Below are positions 38,408 through 49,469 of a stretch of DNA of 64,000 nucleotides, one piece after another. The stretch spans positions 6,741 through 70,740 of the forward strand of contig JAFLKR010000041.1 of NCBI GenBank assembly GCA_019163135.1. Direction: 5' to 3'. A program made the position numbers and the translations under genes. The notes under the pieces were generated by a model. That model searched no databases. It saw only the letters and a program-made list of their open reading frames with translations, and had not been told where the DNA came from. Each line of letters starts with the position of its first letter. Within the stretch, counting starts at the first letter, position 1. This DNA is from Desulfobulbaceae bacterium. GTDB lineage: Bacteria > Desulfobacterota > Desulfobulbia > Desulfobulbales > Desulfobulbaceae.

Positions 38408-39427
38408 ATGAAGTACGCCTTCCCTTTGGCGGCAGTAATTGCCCTGGTGTTGTTAGCGCTTATCCTGGTACAGATACCTGGTATGCAATACCTCTTTGGT
38501 GTTGCAATTCCATACCTGGCCATGGCGCTGTTTTTAGGTGGTTTTTGTTATCGGATAATCCATTGGGCTAAATCGCCGGTGCCTTTCAAAATTCCGACCA
38601 CCTGCGGCCAGGGCTACTCGTTGCCTTGGATCAAACACGATAAGCTGGAAGCCCCGGTTAACACCGCCCAGGTTGTTGCCAGGATGTTTCTGGAGATTTT
38701 CCTATTCCGCTCACTGTGGCGCAACACTAAGGCCACTGTGTATGATGGCCCGAAATTGACTTACGAGTCAAGCAAGTGGCTGTGGCTGTTCGGTATCCTT
38801 TTCCATTACAGCTTCCTGGTGGTTATAATTCGCCACATGCGGCTCTTCCTGGACCCGGTACCGTGGCCCGTTGCCTTCCTGGAAATGGGCGACTCTTTGC
38901 TACAGATCGGCGCTCCCACGATGTACACCACTGACGTCACCATAGTGTTAGGCCTGCTTTTTCTCTTCGGTCGTCGCCTGATGAATCCGCAAGTCCGCTA
39001 TATCTCACTGGCTAATGATTACTTCCCGCTCTTTCTCATCCTCGGGATTGTAACCACCGGTGTTTTAATGCGATTTTTCCTACGCACCAATGTCGATATC
39101 AACGCCATCAAACAGTTGGCTGTGGGTTTGGTGACGTTTCACCCGGTCATCGTGACCAAAATCAGTTCTTTATTTTATGTACATGTTTTCTTAGTATGCA
39201 TTCTGCTTGCGTATTTTCCTTTCAGCAAGCTCATGCACATGGGTGGTGTGTTCCTCAGCCCAACCAGAAACCTGGCCAACGATTCGAGAATGAAACGCCA
39301 TATCAATCCCTGGAATCCCGATATCAGACCGCATTCCTACGCTGGTTATGAGGATGAATTCCGTGCCGATATGGTTGAGCAGGGCATTCCCGTTGAGAAA
39401 GAGTTGCCGCCGCAGGCTAATGACTAA
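38408..39427 (+). CDS. dsrM: DsrMKJOP complex cytochrome b subunit
   Basis: SPVPFKIPTTCGQ, FHYSF..IRHMR, YFPFSKLMHMGGVFLSPTRN; first gene of the intact cluster. Confidence 0.96.
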   Translation: MKYAFPLAAVIALVLLALILVQIPGMQYLFGVAIPYLAMALFLGGFCYRIIHWAKSPVPFKIPTTCGQGYSLPWIKHDKLEAPVNTAQVVARMFLEIFLFRSLWRNTKATVYDGPKLTYESSKWLWLFGILFHYSFLVVIIRHMRLFLDPVPWPVAFLEMGDSLLQIGAPTMYTTDVTIVLGLLFLFGRRLMNPQVRYISLANDYFPLFLILGIVTTGVLMRFFLRTNVDINAIKQLAVGLVTFHPVIVTKISSLFYVHVFLVCILLAYFPFSKLMHMGGVFLSPTRNLANDSRMKRHINPWNPDIRPHSYAGYEDEFRADMVEQGIPVEKELPPQAND

Positions 39428-39460
39428 CGCTGGAAAATTCAAGAGTATAAGGATAGAGCA

Positions 39461-41092
39461 ATGGCAGTAGTAAAGGTAGATAAGTTGGCAAGGAGCGTTG
39501 CCGAGGGACCTTCGCTGATGACAGGCTCCATACCAACCAAAGATTGGATGGATGTACCTGTAGTATTCAAGCCTGGAAATTACGCCTACCCGACCAAGCC
39601 TGAAAAGCTTCGGTATCTGGATAGTCAGCAGGGAGTCAGCTTCCCCAATGCACGCGAATGGAATCCTGAGGATGAAGATTGGAAACTTCCAGATAATTGG
39701 AAGGAGATCATCATGCAGGGATTGGCGGATCGGCTTGATCGCTTCCGCTCACTGAAAATTTTCATGGATTGTTGTGTCCGCTGTGGAGCGTGTGCGGATA
39801 AATGCCACTTTTTCCTCGGCACCGGCGATCCTAAAAACATGCCGGTCCTGCGAGCTGAACTGCTTCGGTCGGTATATCGCCAGGATTTCACCCTTGCCGG
39901 TAAGATTCTCGGCAAGTTGGCCGGCGGTCGCGAGATGACCACAGGCGTCCTGAAAGAATGGTTCATGTACGCCTATCAGTGTACGGAATGCCGTCGTTGT
40001 TCGGTTTTCTGTCCCTACGGTATCGATACCGCCGAGATCACCATGATGTTGCGCGAATTGCTCCATCTAGTCGGTATCGGTATCAACTGGGCAATGGAAC
40101 CAGTCGCCAATTCCAACCGTACCGGTAACCACATGGGGCTCACGCCCCAGGCCTTCAAGGGTAATGTCGATTTTCTCTGCGAGGATATCGAAAACCTCAC
40201 TGGGGTCAAGGTTAACCCTACCTTTAATCGTAAAGGCGCTGAAGTGTTGTTCGTCACACCATCAGCAGACGTCTTCGCCGAGCCAGGTATTTTCACCTGC
40301 ATGGGCTACCTCCTCCTATTTGAGGCGATTGGCCTTGACTATACCTGGTCCACCTATGCCTCGGAAGGCGGCAACTTCGGCTTGTTCACCAACAACGAGA
40401 TGATGAAAAAGCTGAACGCCAAAATGTTTGCCGAATCCAAAAGGTTGGGCGTCAAATGGATTCTGGGCGGTGAATGCGGGCACATGTGGCGGGTTGTTCA
40501 TCAGTATATGGATACCATGAATGGACCTGCTGATTACCTTGAAGTTCCCCGGTCCCCGATCACCGGGACGGTCTTTGAAAATGCCAGAGCCACCAAGATG
40601 GTTCATATTTCGGAGTTCACCGCCGACCTGATCAAAAACGGCAAACTCAAGTTCGACAAAAGCCGCAACGCCCACATCAAGGCCACCTTCCATGATTCGT
40701 GCAATCCTGCCCGGGCAATGGGACTGTTGGAGGAGCCTCGATACATTCTCGACCATGTCGTCGATAATTGGGTGGAAATGCCGGAAAATACCATCCGCGA
40801 AAAAACGTTCTGCTGCGGATCCGGAACGGCACTTAATACCGATGAAATTATGGAACTTCGTATGCGGTCCGGTCTGCCTCGAGCGAATGCCGTGAAGCAT
40901 GTCCACGATAAGCACGGCGTCAACACGCTGGGCTGTGTATGCGCCATCGACCGAGCTACCTTAACAAGCCTCATGGATTACTGGGTACCTGGAGTTCAGG
41001 TGGCAGGCTTAAGCGAGCTTGTCGGTAACGCATTGGTGATTGAAGGTGAGCAACGACAAGAACTGACCGAAGGGCTCAGGACCTTGGTTTAA
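39461..41092 (+). CDS. dsrK: DsrMKJOP complex catalytic Fe-S/CCG subunit
   Basis: CVRCGACADKCH, CTECRRCSVFCP, GECGH, HDSCN, CCGSG, CAID. Confidence 0.97.
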   Translation: MAVVKVDKLARSVAEGPSLMTGSIPTKDWMDVPVVFKPGNYAYPTKPEKLRYLDSQQGVSFPNAREWNPEDEDWKLPDNWKEIIMQGLADRLDRFRSLKIFMDCCVRCGACADKCHFFLGTGDPKNMPVLRAELLRSVYRQDFTLAGKILGKLAGGREMTTGVLKEWFMYAYQCTECRRCSVFCPYGIDTAEITMMLRELLHLVGIGINWAMEPVANSNRTGNHMGLTPQAFKGNVDFLCEDIENLTGVKVNPTFNRKGAEVLFVTPSADVFAEPGIFTCMGYLLLFEAIGLDYTWSTYASEGGNFGLFTNNEMMKKLNAKMFAESKRLGVKWILGGECGHMWRVVHQYMDTMNGPADYLEVPRSPITGTVFENARATKMVHISEFTADLIKNGKLKFDKSRNAHIKATFHDSCNPARAMGLLEEPRYILDHVVDNWVEMPENTIREKTFCCGSGTALNTDEIMELRMRSGLPRANAVKHVHDKHGVNTLGCVCAIDRATLTSLMDYWVPGVQVAGLSELVGNALVIEGEQRQELTEGLRTLV

Positions 41093-41120
41093 TTTACCGG
41101 CAGGAATTGGAGGAATAGCA

Positions 41121-41492
41121 ATGTATGACAGTGGTAAAATAATCCCGGGACTGATCATTTTTGTCCTGTTTATCACGATACCCATCTGGTACAACCGCGG
41201 CACTGCTGCGTCCGTGCCCAAACCGGTTTTACCGAAAGACGCCAAGATGTGTGTCCTGCCGGCAGCGGAAATTCGCTCAGAGCATATGAAGTTATTGAAC
41301 ACTTGGCGTGATGAAGTTTTACGGACTGGGGATCGTGGTACTTTTGAGCTGGAAGGCAAAAAATACCAAAAAAGTCTGATGTTGACCTGTATGAAGTGCC
41401 ACACGAGTAAAAAGCAGTTCTGTGACACGTGCCACACGTATGCATCGGTTAAACCATATTGTTGGGATTGCCACATAGCTCCTGTTGAGTGA
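41121..41492 (+). CDS. dsrJ: Triheme cytochrome c subunit
   Basis: Three CxxCH motifs (CMKCH, CDTCH, CWDCH); CV..EHMKLLNTWRD. Confidence 0.96.
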   Translation: MYDSGKIIPGLIIFVLFITIPIWYNRGTAASVPKPVLPKDAKMCVLPAAEIRSEHMKLLNTWRDEVLRTGDRGTFELEGKKYQKSLMLTCMKCHTSKKQFCDTCHTYASVKPYCWDCHIAPVE

Positions 41493-41515
41493 ACGGCTAA
41501 GGAGGAGATATACAG

Positions 41516-42349
41516 ATGGACAAGAATAGAAGAAATTTCCTCAAGGTAGCCGGTATTTCAACACTGGCTGGCCTTGGTGGTACTGCGGTCGTTGATCGGT
41601 TGGTCGGCGGAACGAGCCTGGCGCAGGCCGCTGCTGATTCCGGCCATGATGTCGATCAGGCAAAAGGCGCGCAAGGACACGGAGAGATCCCAAGTTCGAG
41701 CGGCAATCGCTATGGCATGATCATTGATATTAAAAAATTTCAGCAAGATCCCAGTCTAGGCGAAAAGGCTGTACAGGCTTGTCATTCAGTTCACAACGTC
41801 CCTCAATTTCCTGATAAGAAAGATGAGATCAAATGGATTTGGATGACCAATTTTGAAAATGCCTTTCCGACCAGCAGCAACCCGTATCGAGATGAGGCTA
41901 CAGCAAAACATCAGCTCCCCATCCTTTGCAACCATTGCGATCAACCTCCTTGTGTCCGGGCCTGCCCCACCAAGGCGACCTTTAAGAATAAAGACGGCAT
42001 CATCATGATGGATTACCATCGCTGCATCGGTTGCCGCTTCTGCATGGCCGCCTGCCCCTATGGCAGCCGGAGTTTCAACTGGCGCGATCCTGAAGCGTTT
42101 GTCAAAAACGCCAATCATGTTTATCCGCGGAGAACGCGGGGTGTCGTTGAAAAGTGCAACTTTTGCGATGAGCGAGTAGGAGCCGGCAAGCAACCTGCCT
42201 GTGTCGAGGCTTGCGGAGAGAGCAAAGCAATTGTCTTTGGCAATCTCAACGATCCTGATTCCGAGATCAGAAAAATGCTGAAAGAAAATCATACGATTCA
42301 GCGTAATCCTGCACTCGGCACCATTCCTTCTGTCTTTTATATTGTATGA
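41516..42349 (+). CDS. dsrO: Tat-exported Fe-S subunit
   Basis: RRNFLK Tat motif; CNHCDQPPCVRACP, CIGCRFCMAACPY, KCNFC. Confidence 0.95.
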   Translation: MDKNRRNFLKVAGISTLAGLGGTAVVDRLVGGTSLAQAAADSGHDVDQAKGAQGHGEIPSSSGNRYGMIIDIKKFQQDPSLGEKAVQACHSVHNVPQFPDKKDEIKWIWMTNFENAFPTSSNPYRDEATAKHQLPILCNHCDQPPCVRACPTKATFKNKDGIIMMDYHRCIGCRFCMAACPYGSRSFNWRDPEAFVKNANHVYPRRTRGVVEKCNFCDERVGAGKQPACVEACGESKAIVFGNLNDPDSEIRKMLKENHTIQRNPALGTIPSVFYIV

Positions 42350-42356
42350 GGCCGCC

Positions 42357-43529
42357 ATGTTTGAAAAAGCATTAAAAGGAAACAATTATTACTGGATGTG
42401 GCTGGCCTTTCTCGGCTTTTTTATTGCCATAGCAGCTGTCTGTTATCTCAGGCAATATTTTTATGGACTGGGTCTCACCGGGATGAGCCGTGATGTATCC
42501 TGGGGACTCTACATTTCCCAATTCACCTTTCTGGTCGGCGTTGCCGCCGGAGGGGTTATGCTGGTTCTGCCGTATTATATCCATGATTACAAGGCATTTG
42601 GTCGCATCACCATTTTGGGTGAATTCCTTGCGATATCAGCCCTGCTCATGTGCCTGATGTTCATCATGGCCGATTTAGGGCAGCCCTTGCGCGGCCTGAA
42701 CGTCATGCTTTACCCCACACCGGGTTCCATGCTTTTCTGGGATATGTGCGTCCTCTGGGGTTACCTGATTCTGAACGCGCTCTGTGGTTGGGTGATTCTG
42801 ACAGCTGAACGCAAGGGTGTGCATCCACCGAAATGGATATACTTCTTCGTATATCTCTCCATTCCCTTTGCATTCTCGATCCACACGGTCACCGCGATGC
42901 TCTATTGCGGTCTTCCTGGACGCCACTTTTGGCTATCGGCTATCATTGCTCCCCGCTTCCTCGCATCCGCTTTTGCCGCCGGTCCTGCACTGATCGTGGT
43001 CATTGCTTTGATCCTGAAGCGGGTGGCTAACTTCGACGCCGGCAAGGAAGCGCTCAATAAAATGGTGACCATCATCATTTATGCGGCCTTGGCCAACATG
43101 TTTTTTGTCGGTCTGGAATTCTTTGTCGGTTTTTACTCCAACATTCCTGGCCACATGCATACCCTGCAGTACCTGTTCTTCGGCCTGGAGCATCATGGCC
43201 ATGTCTATAACAACCTGGTACCGTTCATGTGGGGCTTTATCGCCCTGTTCCTGGTCGGAATTTCCCTGCTTATCCATCCATATACCAGAAAGCAGAGCGA
43301 TCTCTGGCTGGGCATTGGCTGCGCTTCCATTTTCTTCGCCTTCTGGTTGGATAAAGGCATCGGCTTTGTGCTCGGCGGGTTTGTCCCGACCCCGACCGAA
43401 GAAATCGTTGAATACTATCCGACCATCAACGAACTGTTCATCACCATCGGTATCTGGGCCACCGGATTTTTCATCCTGACCGTCCTGTACAAGATTGCCA
43501 TCAGCGTGGAACACGAAATAGAAGCATAA
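42357..43529 (+). CDS. dsrP: NrfD/PsrC family membrane subunit
   Basis: GLTGMSRDVSWGLYISQFTF, DLGQP, HTVTAML, PRFLASAF. Confidence 0.95.
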   Translation: MFEKALKGNNYYWMWLAFLGFFIAIAAVCYLRQYFYGLGLTGMSRDVSWGLYISQFTFLVGVAAGGVMLVLPYYIHDYKAFGRITILGEFLAISALLMCLMFIMADLGQPLRGLNVMLYPTPGSMLFWDMCVLWGYLILNALCGWVILTAERKGVHPPKWIYFFVYLSIPFAFSIHTVTAMLYCGLPGRHFWLSAIIAPRFLASAFAAGPALIVVIALILKRVANFDAGKEALNKMVTIIIYAALANMFFVGLEFFVGFYSNIPGHMHTLQYLFFGLEHHGHVYNNLVPFMWGFIALFLVGISLLIHPYTRKQSDLWLGIGCASIFFAFWLDKGIGFVLGGFVPTPTEEIVEYYPTINELFITIGIWATGFFILTVLYKIAISVEHEIEA

Positions 43530-43543
43530 GCGTAACCGCACAT

Positions 43544-43578
43544 AAAAAAAACCCCCGAGCAATCGGGGGTTTTTTTTT
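43544..43578. terminator. Bidirectional intrinsic terminator after dsrP
   Basis: A8-CCCCCGA-GCAA-TCGGGGG-T9. Confidence 0.92.
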
Positions 43579-43812
43579 GCCTTGGGTTATCTCCTGTCAC
43601 TACCAATTCAAGTCTGAACATTTGGGGAAATTCTTGCTACCTTACCTGCGATTAAAACACACGGTGTATAGAAAGAAGCATTTTTCTCATTGAGGGCCTT
43701 TCAAACTTGGGACAAGCATATTAAAAGAGAAAAATGTTCCAACGCAGCAGCCCTTGTCAGTTGGTCAGTTTTTCGTTAGAGGGTAAACTAAGGCTATGTT
43801 GGCGATGATCTC

Positions 43813-44601
43813 TTACAGACCGCTGGCGGCGCGATACAACTGCCAGAGACGTTCAATCTGCTGGTCGAAGATAAGATAAGACATGGCGCCCAACGCTAAA
43901 AAAGGGCCGTACGGGATCCTGGTCTGTCCCTTTTTCCCTTGTTTGAACATAGCGACAATACCGACCAAACTTCCAGCCAATGAACTTGAAAACACGACAT
44001 AGAGCAGACTTTGCCAGCCTAGAAAGGCGCCGATCATTGCCAACAGTTTAATGTCCCCGCCGCCCATGCCTTCCCGTTTGGTCACCGCGTAATAGCCATA
44101 GGCGACCGCATATAACAAACCGCCCCCCAACAGCAGGCCAAGACCTGACTCCTGCCAGGTGACCAAACCATTAAAAAAAGATCCGGCAAAACCGAGGAGG
44201 ATGCCGGGAAGACTGATACTATCCGGAATTATTTGATGATGGATATCGATAAATATGATAACCAGCAAGGCAGCAAAAAAAACAAAATAGAAGAAAAATT
44301 CGAAGGTGAAGGCCAACCTGTGGTATAAAATTGCTGCCAGCACCGCCATGCACAATTCGACCAGCGGGTATTGCAGTGAGATATGGACTTTGCAAGTCCG
44401 GCATCTGCCGCGGAGCACCAGATAACTGAGGATAGGGATATTCTCATACCAGTAGAGCGGTTGGAGGCATTGCGGGCAATGTGAGCCAGGGAAGACGATG
44501 GATGCATCGTCTTTTGGTAAACGCAGAATGACCACGTTGAGAAATGAGCCGACAACGGCGCCAAAAAGAGTAGCCAAAAGTATCATCAGTACTGGTTCCA
44601 T
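43813..44601 (-). CDS. pilD: Type IV prepilin peptidase / N-methyltransferase
   Basis: GSFLNVVILRLP, SHCPQC, NIPILSY..LRGRCRTC, IDI..QIIPD, GMGGGDIKL, PYGPFL. Confidence 0.94.
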   Translation of the reverse strand: MEPVLMILLATLFGAVVGSFLNVVILRLPKDDASIVFPGSHCPQCLQPLYWYENIPILSYLVLRGRCRTCKVHISLQYPLVELCMAVLAAILYHRLAFTFEFFFYFVFFAALLVIIFIDIHHQIIPDSISLPGILLGFAGSFFNGLVTWQESGLGLLLGGGLLYAVAYGYYAVTKREGMGGGDIKLLAMIGAFLGWQSLLYVVFSSSLAGSLVGIVAMFKQGKKGQTRIPYGPFLALGAMSYLIFDQQIERLWQLYRAASGL

Positions 44602-44669
44602 TGCGAAGTTAGATCCTGTCAATTATATGTAACAATTTTTATTCCCTCTGATTCTTTGTATCTTTTTCT

Positions 44670-45455
44670 ATGTCCGAGTACCAGGAAAATTCAGTTGTCG
44701 AGTCCATTGAACGATTGGCCGATGCTCTTTATCGCCTGACCCTGCATGCCCCGTGCATCGCTGCTGCCGCCAAGCCAGGGCAATTTATAATGGCTGCCTG
44801 CGGGCACTCCCTTGATCCGCTACTTCGGCGCCCGTTCTCCATTCATCAGGCGGCCACATCCGGCACTATCCAGTTGCTCTTCAAGGTCATTGGCCGCGGG
44901 ACCAATCTGTTATCTGAACTCCGACCGGGCCAGAGTCTGAGTCTCCTCGGCCCACTGGGCCACGGGTTTCAGCTACCGCCGTCAGGCCCGCTCTGCCTCA
45001 TCGGCGGGGGAATCGGCATCGCCCCGCTGTTTTTTTTGGCCACAAAATGGCTTCAGCAACCACGTCCGCCTGAGTCCTGCGTTGTGCTCCTAGGTTCCAG
45101 AACAGCTGAGGAAATTCGACAGTTGGCTACCGATTTCAGCGAACTGGGCTGTCTGGTCGGGACCGCCACCGATGACGGCAGCCTTGGCCATCACGGTCTG
45201 GTCAGTGATCTCCTCCCCCCGTTTCTGTCCGACCTAAAACAGGTCTGTACCTGTGGTCCGACCGCTATGATGGCCGCGATCGCCGGTTTGTGCCGAGATA
45301 CCGCGGTGCCCTGCGAGACCTCCCTAGAGTCCCACATGGCCTGCGGCCTAGGGGCCTGCCTCGGTTGCGCGATACCTGGTGCGGATGGACACTACAAACA
45401 TGTCTGTAAGCATGGCCCGGTATTCAACGCTGAAGAGGTCGCATGGAGCCGCTAA
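44670..45455 (+). CDS. pyrK: Dihydroorotate dehydrogenase B electron-transfer subunit
   Basis: [29 protein letters not shown]...C (2Fe-2S). Confidence 0.94.
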   Translation: MSEYQENSVVESIERLADALYRLTLHAPCIAAAAKPGQFIMAACGHSLDPLLRRPFSIHQAATSGTIQLLFKVIGRGTNLLSELRPGQSLSLLGPLGHGFQLPPSGPLCLIGGGIGIAPLFFLATKWLQQPRPPESCVVLLGSRTAEEIRQLATDFSELGCLVGTATDDGSLGHHGLVSDLLPPFLSDLKQVCTCGPTAMMAAIAGLCRDTAVPCETSLESHMACGLGACLGCAIPGADGHYKHVCKHGPVFNAEEVAWSR

Positions 45456-46384
45456 TTCCCCCGACCGACCTGGATTTGCAGGTAGCTATCGGTCCCTTGC
45501 GATTGGCCAACCCGGTAATGACCGCCTCCGGGACCTTCGGCTATGGTGCCGAGTTTGCTAACCTTGTTGACCTCAACCGCCTTGGCGCTATGGTAGTCAA
45601 GGGTATTTCCCTTGAACCGCGGCCAGGAAACCCGCCGCCACGCATTGTGGAAACCTCCTGCGGGATGCTCAACGCTATAGGCCTGGAAAATGTCGGCGTC
45701 AAACGGTTTATCAACCAAAAAATGCCTTTTCTGAGGACCTGCCTGAGTAGGGTCATCGTCAATATTCTTGGCGATTCCATTGAGGAATACGCCTTCCTTG
45801 CCCATGAATTGTCGGGGGTTGCTGGCATTGACGCCCTTGAGATCAACATCTCCTGCCCCAACGTCAAAAAAGGCGGGGTTGCGTTTGGCACCGTTCCGGA
45901 AATGGCGGCAGCGGTGACCCAGGCCGTGAAAAGAGAAACCGATCTGCCGGTAATCGTCAAACTCTCCCCCAATGTCACCGATATTGTGGCCATGGCACAG
46001 GCGGTTGAACAAAGCGGCGCCGACGCGGTGTCGCTGATCAACACCCTGATCGGTATGGCCATTGATGCCAGAACGCGGCGACCGCGCCTGGCCAACATCA
46101 TTGGCGGACTTTCCGGCCCAGCGATCAAACCAATCGCCCTCCGCATGGTCTGGCAGGTGGCCTCAACAGTGTCCATTCCGGTCATCGGCATCGGCGGCAT
46201 TGGCACAGCCGAAGATGCCATTGAATTCCTCCTGGCAGGCGCCACGGCGGTACAGATCGGGACCGCCAACTTCTACAATCCAGGTGCCACGGAACAGATC
46301 CTGACAGGAATTGAGCATTACCTCCGCCAGCAGGGCGAAACTTCGATTCGGGCCATCATTGGCTCCCTTCGCCTCGGTGTGTAG
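45443..46384 (+). CDS. pyrD: Dihydroorotate dehydrogenase B catalytic subunit
   Basis: [42 protein letters not shown]. Confidence 0.96.
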   Translation: MEPLIPPTDLDLQVAIGPLRLANPVMTASGTFGYGAEFANLVDLNRLGAMVVKGISLEPRPGNPPPRIVETSCGMLNAIGLENVGVKRFINQKMPFLRTCLSRVIVNILGDSIEEYAFLAHELSGVAGIDALEINISCPNVKKGGVAFGTVPEMAAAVTQAVKRETDLPVIVKLSPNVTDIVAMAQAVEQSGADAVSLINTLIGMAIDARTRRPRLANIIGGLSGPAIKPIALRMVWQVASTVSIPVIGIGGIGTAEDAIEFLLAGATAVQIGTANFYNPGATEQILTGIEHYLRQQGETSIRAIIGSLRLGV

Positions 46385-46385
46385 C

Positions 46386-47084
46386 ATGACCACGCAAACC
46401 GGTCTGATCTGCGTCTCGGTAGCAGCAAAAGATGGTCAAGGCATTCTAGATACCGTATCGCCTGTGGTCTTGCTGGCGGATGTGGTCGAAATCAGGCTTG
46501 ACCACATGATCAATCCGAAGGTCGACGACTGGATAGCGGGCATCCCCAAGCCCGTGCTGGTTACCAATCGGCCGGTCTGGGAAGGGGGACAGTTTGCCGG
46601 GAGCGAGCAGGAGCGTATTGATCTGTTGTGCAAGGCGGTCCGATCCGGGGCGCAGTATGTTGATATTGAACTGCAAACCGCACAGGATTTGCGGATGCAG
46701 GTACTCGACGTGGCCCGGCAACACCGAACCAAAGTGATCGTTTCCAGCCATGATTTCCAAGGGACGCCCCCCATAGCCCAACTGCGTGAGACGCTCCAGC
46801 AGATGATCGCCAGCGGAGGCGATATCGGCAAGATTGTCACCACCGCCACCAATCCTGGCGAGGCGCTCCACATACTCTCGCTCCAACAGGAGGCCGTGGC
46901 CGCCTCTTTTCCTTTGAGCGCCTTTGCAATGGGAACGGCCGGAAAAATCACCCGCCTGGCAACCCTCTACCTCGGCGGCTATATGACCTACGCGGCCATC
47001 ACCGCCCAGCAGGCCACCGCCCCCGGCCAATTATCGATACACGAACTGCATGCCCTGATTACCCTTCTGGAGACAACCGCATGA
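46386..47084 (+). CDS. aroD: Type I 3-dehydroquinate dehydratase
   Basis: VEIRLD, TNRP..EGG, VDIE, SSHDF, IGKIVT, FAMG, APGQL. Confidence 0.92.
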   Translation: MTTQTGLICVSVAAKDGQGILDTVSPVVLLADVVEIRLDHMINPKVDDWIAGIPKPVLVTNRPVWEGGQFAGSEQERIDLLCKAVRSGAQYVDIELQTAQDLRMQVLDVARQHRTKVIVSSHDFQGTPPIAQLRETLQQMIASGGDIGKIVTTATNPGEALHILSLQQEAVAASFPLSAFAMGTAGKITRLATLYLGGYMTYAAITAQQATAPGQLSIHELHALITLLETTA

Positions 47085-47911
47085 TCAACGGCCGCACCCA
47101 GCTTTTCGGCATCATCGGCAGCCCGGTCGAGCATTCTTTGAGTCCGGCCATGCATAATGCCGCCTTTGCCGCCCTAGGGATGAACGGCGTCTACATACCC
47201 ATGCGGGTGATCGATCTGCAAGATGGCTTACGCGGGCTGCGCGCGCTCGGCTTTATCGGCGTTTCCGTCACTGTGCCGCATAAGGTGGCGGTGATGGCCT
47301 TCCTTGATGCGATCGATCCGGTCGCCCAAAAAATCGGGGCGGTCAACACCTTATATTTTCAAGAGCAGCCCGACGATACTCCACTCTGCAAGGGCTACAA
47401 CACCGACTGGCTGGGCTCGAACCAGGCCCTAGCCGAGGAGATCGATCCCCAAGGCCGAACCGTGCTGATCATCGGTGCCGGCGGTGCCGCCAGGGCGGTG
47501 GGATTTGGCCTGCTTGAGGCCGGGGCCCGTGTTCTGCTTACCAATCGCACCGAAACCAAAGGGCGCGAACTGGCCGACGAACTCAACTGCACCTTCGTGC
47601 CGACTGCAGATCTCCCCATGGTACAGGCCGACGCCCTGATCAACACCACCTCGGTCGGCATGGCACCTCTGGACGATGCCCTGCCGATCCGGGCTGAACT
47701 CCTGGGCAATTTTTCAGTAGTCATGGATATCGTCTATGCTCCGCTGACAACCAAGTTGCTCCAGGCTGCCGCCGCCCACGGTTGCCGAACCATCGATGGC
47801 CTGAAAATGCTCCAGTACCAGGGGGCCGCACAATTTAAACTGTGGACCGGTGCAGATGTACCCGGCGCCGTTTTGCGTAACGCCCTGCTCGCGGAACTCA
47901 ACCGCCGTTAA
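47081..47911 (+). CDS. aroE: Shikimate dehydrogenase
   Basis: HSLSPAMHN, SVTVPHK, GAVNT, NTDW.G, GAGGAARA, INTTSVGM. Confidence 0.96.
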   Translation: MINGRTQLFGIIGSPVEHSLSPAMHNAAFAALGMNGVYIPMRVIDLQDGLRGLRALGFIGVSVTVPHKVAVMAFLDAIDPVAQKIGAVNTLYFQEQPDDTPLCKGYNTDWLGSNQALAEEIDPQGRTVLIIGAGGAARAVGFGLLEAGARVLLTNRTETKGRELADELNCTFVPTADLPMVQADALINTTSVGMAPLDDALPIRAELLGNFSVVMDIVYAPLTTKLLQAAAAHGCRTIDGLKMLQYQGAAQFKLWTGADVPGAVLRNALLAELNRR

Positions 47912-47957
47912 TCTCGAGCAGCCCTTTCCTCTTTTGCCCGCAATGTAACTGACCGCC

Positions 47958-49232
47958 ATGATAACCATTACACCTGTCCCAACCATCGACGCCACCATCA
48001 AGGTCCCCGGTTCCAAAAGCCTGACCCAGCGCGCTCTGATTGCAGCCGCCTTAGCCGATGGCCCCTCGCAGCTCATCGGCCCGCTTGCCAGTGAAGACAC
48101 CCGCTACACCATGGACGCCCTGCGGGCCATGGGCGTCATCTGCGACGACCGCGACCCGGATTGCTGGCAAGTCCACGGCACTGGCGGCCTGATCCGCGAA
48201 CCAGCCAGCGATATCTTCCTCGGCAACAACGGTACCGCTACCCGATTTCTTACCTCGGTGGCGGCCCTCGGTCATGGCCGGTTCCATATCACCGGCAGCG
48301 AACGGATGGCCCAGCGGCCGATCCTGCCCCTGATAGAGGCCCTGCGCGGTTGGGGTGTCGAGATCAACAGCGACGCCCACAACGGCTGTCCGCCGCTGAC
48401 CCTTGCGGCCCAAGGGCTGAGCGGCGGTCGTACGGTTCTGCCGGAAGGCAAATCCAGCCAGTATCTGAGCTCGCTGCTTTTGGTCGCCCCCTACGCAGCC
48501 ACCCCGGCCGAGCTTGAGGTTCGGGGGGAAATTCTTTCCCGCCCCTATGTGGAAATGACGCTCGCCGTAATGGCTGATTTCGGTATCCGAGTGGAAGCCG
48601 CCACTTCCCTGAACGCCTTCAGAATTCCGCAGGGACAGTATCAGGGCAGGACCTATACCATTGAAGGCGATGCCTCAGGCGCTTCCTATTTCTGGGCAGC
48701 CGCAGCCGTGACCGGCGGCAGAGTGACGGTCGCCAATGTCCCCATCCCTTCCCTGCAGGGGGACGCCAATTTGCTGCCCTATCTGGCCCGCATGGGCTGT
48801 CAGATCGATTTGACCGGCGAAGGGATTACCGTCACCGGCGCCGACCAGTTGGAAGGGATCGAACTGGATATGGGCGACATGCCGGATGTAGCCCCAACCC
48901 TGGCAGTGGTCGCGGCCTTTGCCGAGGGGACTACCATAATCAATAATATAGCTCATCTCCGGATTAAGGAATGCGACCGGCTCGCAGCAGTGGTCTGCGA
49001 ATTGCGCAAACTAGGGGCAGATGTTGAAGAAGAGGAATCCCGCATGATCATTCATGGAAAAAAAGGCGGCAGCAATCTCCACGGCGCCACCATCACCACC
49101 TACGATGATCACCGGATGGCCATGAGCTTTGCAGTCGCCGGTCTGCGGATACCAGGGGTGCAGATTACCGGTGAGAATTGCGTGGTTAAATCTTTCCCCG
49201 ACTTCTGGGAGCGTTTCCGACTGCTGGCCTGA
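47958..49232 (+). CDS. aroA: 3-phosphoshikimate 1-carboxyvinyltransferase
   Basis: PGSKS, GNNGTATRF, SSQYLSSLL, EGDASGASY, RIKECDR, DDHRMAM, KSFPDF. Confidence 0.97.
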   Translation: MITITPVPTIDATIKVPGSKSLTQRALIAAALADGPSQLIGPLASEDTRYTMDALRAMGVICDDRDPDCWQVHGTGGLIREPASDIFLGNNGTATRFLTSVAALGHGRFHITGSERMAQRPILPLIEALRGWGVEINSDAHNGCPPLTLAAQGLSGGRTVLPEGKSSQYLSSLLLVAPYAATPAELEVRGEILSRPYVEMTLAVMADFGIRVEAATSLNAFRIPQGQYQGRTYTIEGDASGASYFWAAAAVTGGRVTVANVPIPSLQGDANLLPYLARMGCQIDLTGEGITVTGADQLEGIELDMGDMPDVAPTLAVVAAFAEGTTIINNIAHLRIKECDRLAAVVCELRKLGADVEEEESRMIIHGKKGGSNLHGATITTYDDHRMAMSFAVAGLRIPGVQITGENCVVKSFPDFWERFRLLA

Positions 49233-49469
49233 GCCCATTGGCGTTGCTCTGGTCAGGCAGAATATATTTCGCCGTGCCGCTGTCGTTGCCCATCCAATCG
49301 CAGGCCTTCCTCGCGGCAGCGTTATTCGCCTGCACGCTGGCCGCACTTTCGGCTGGCTTAGGTTGGTAAAAATTTACCTGCGCGGCAACAGGCTGTTATC
49401 TCATATAAAACCCAATCAAAAAACCCACTGCAGTGGCCTTTTCATAAAATATCGCAAAGGAATCGATCC

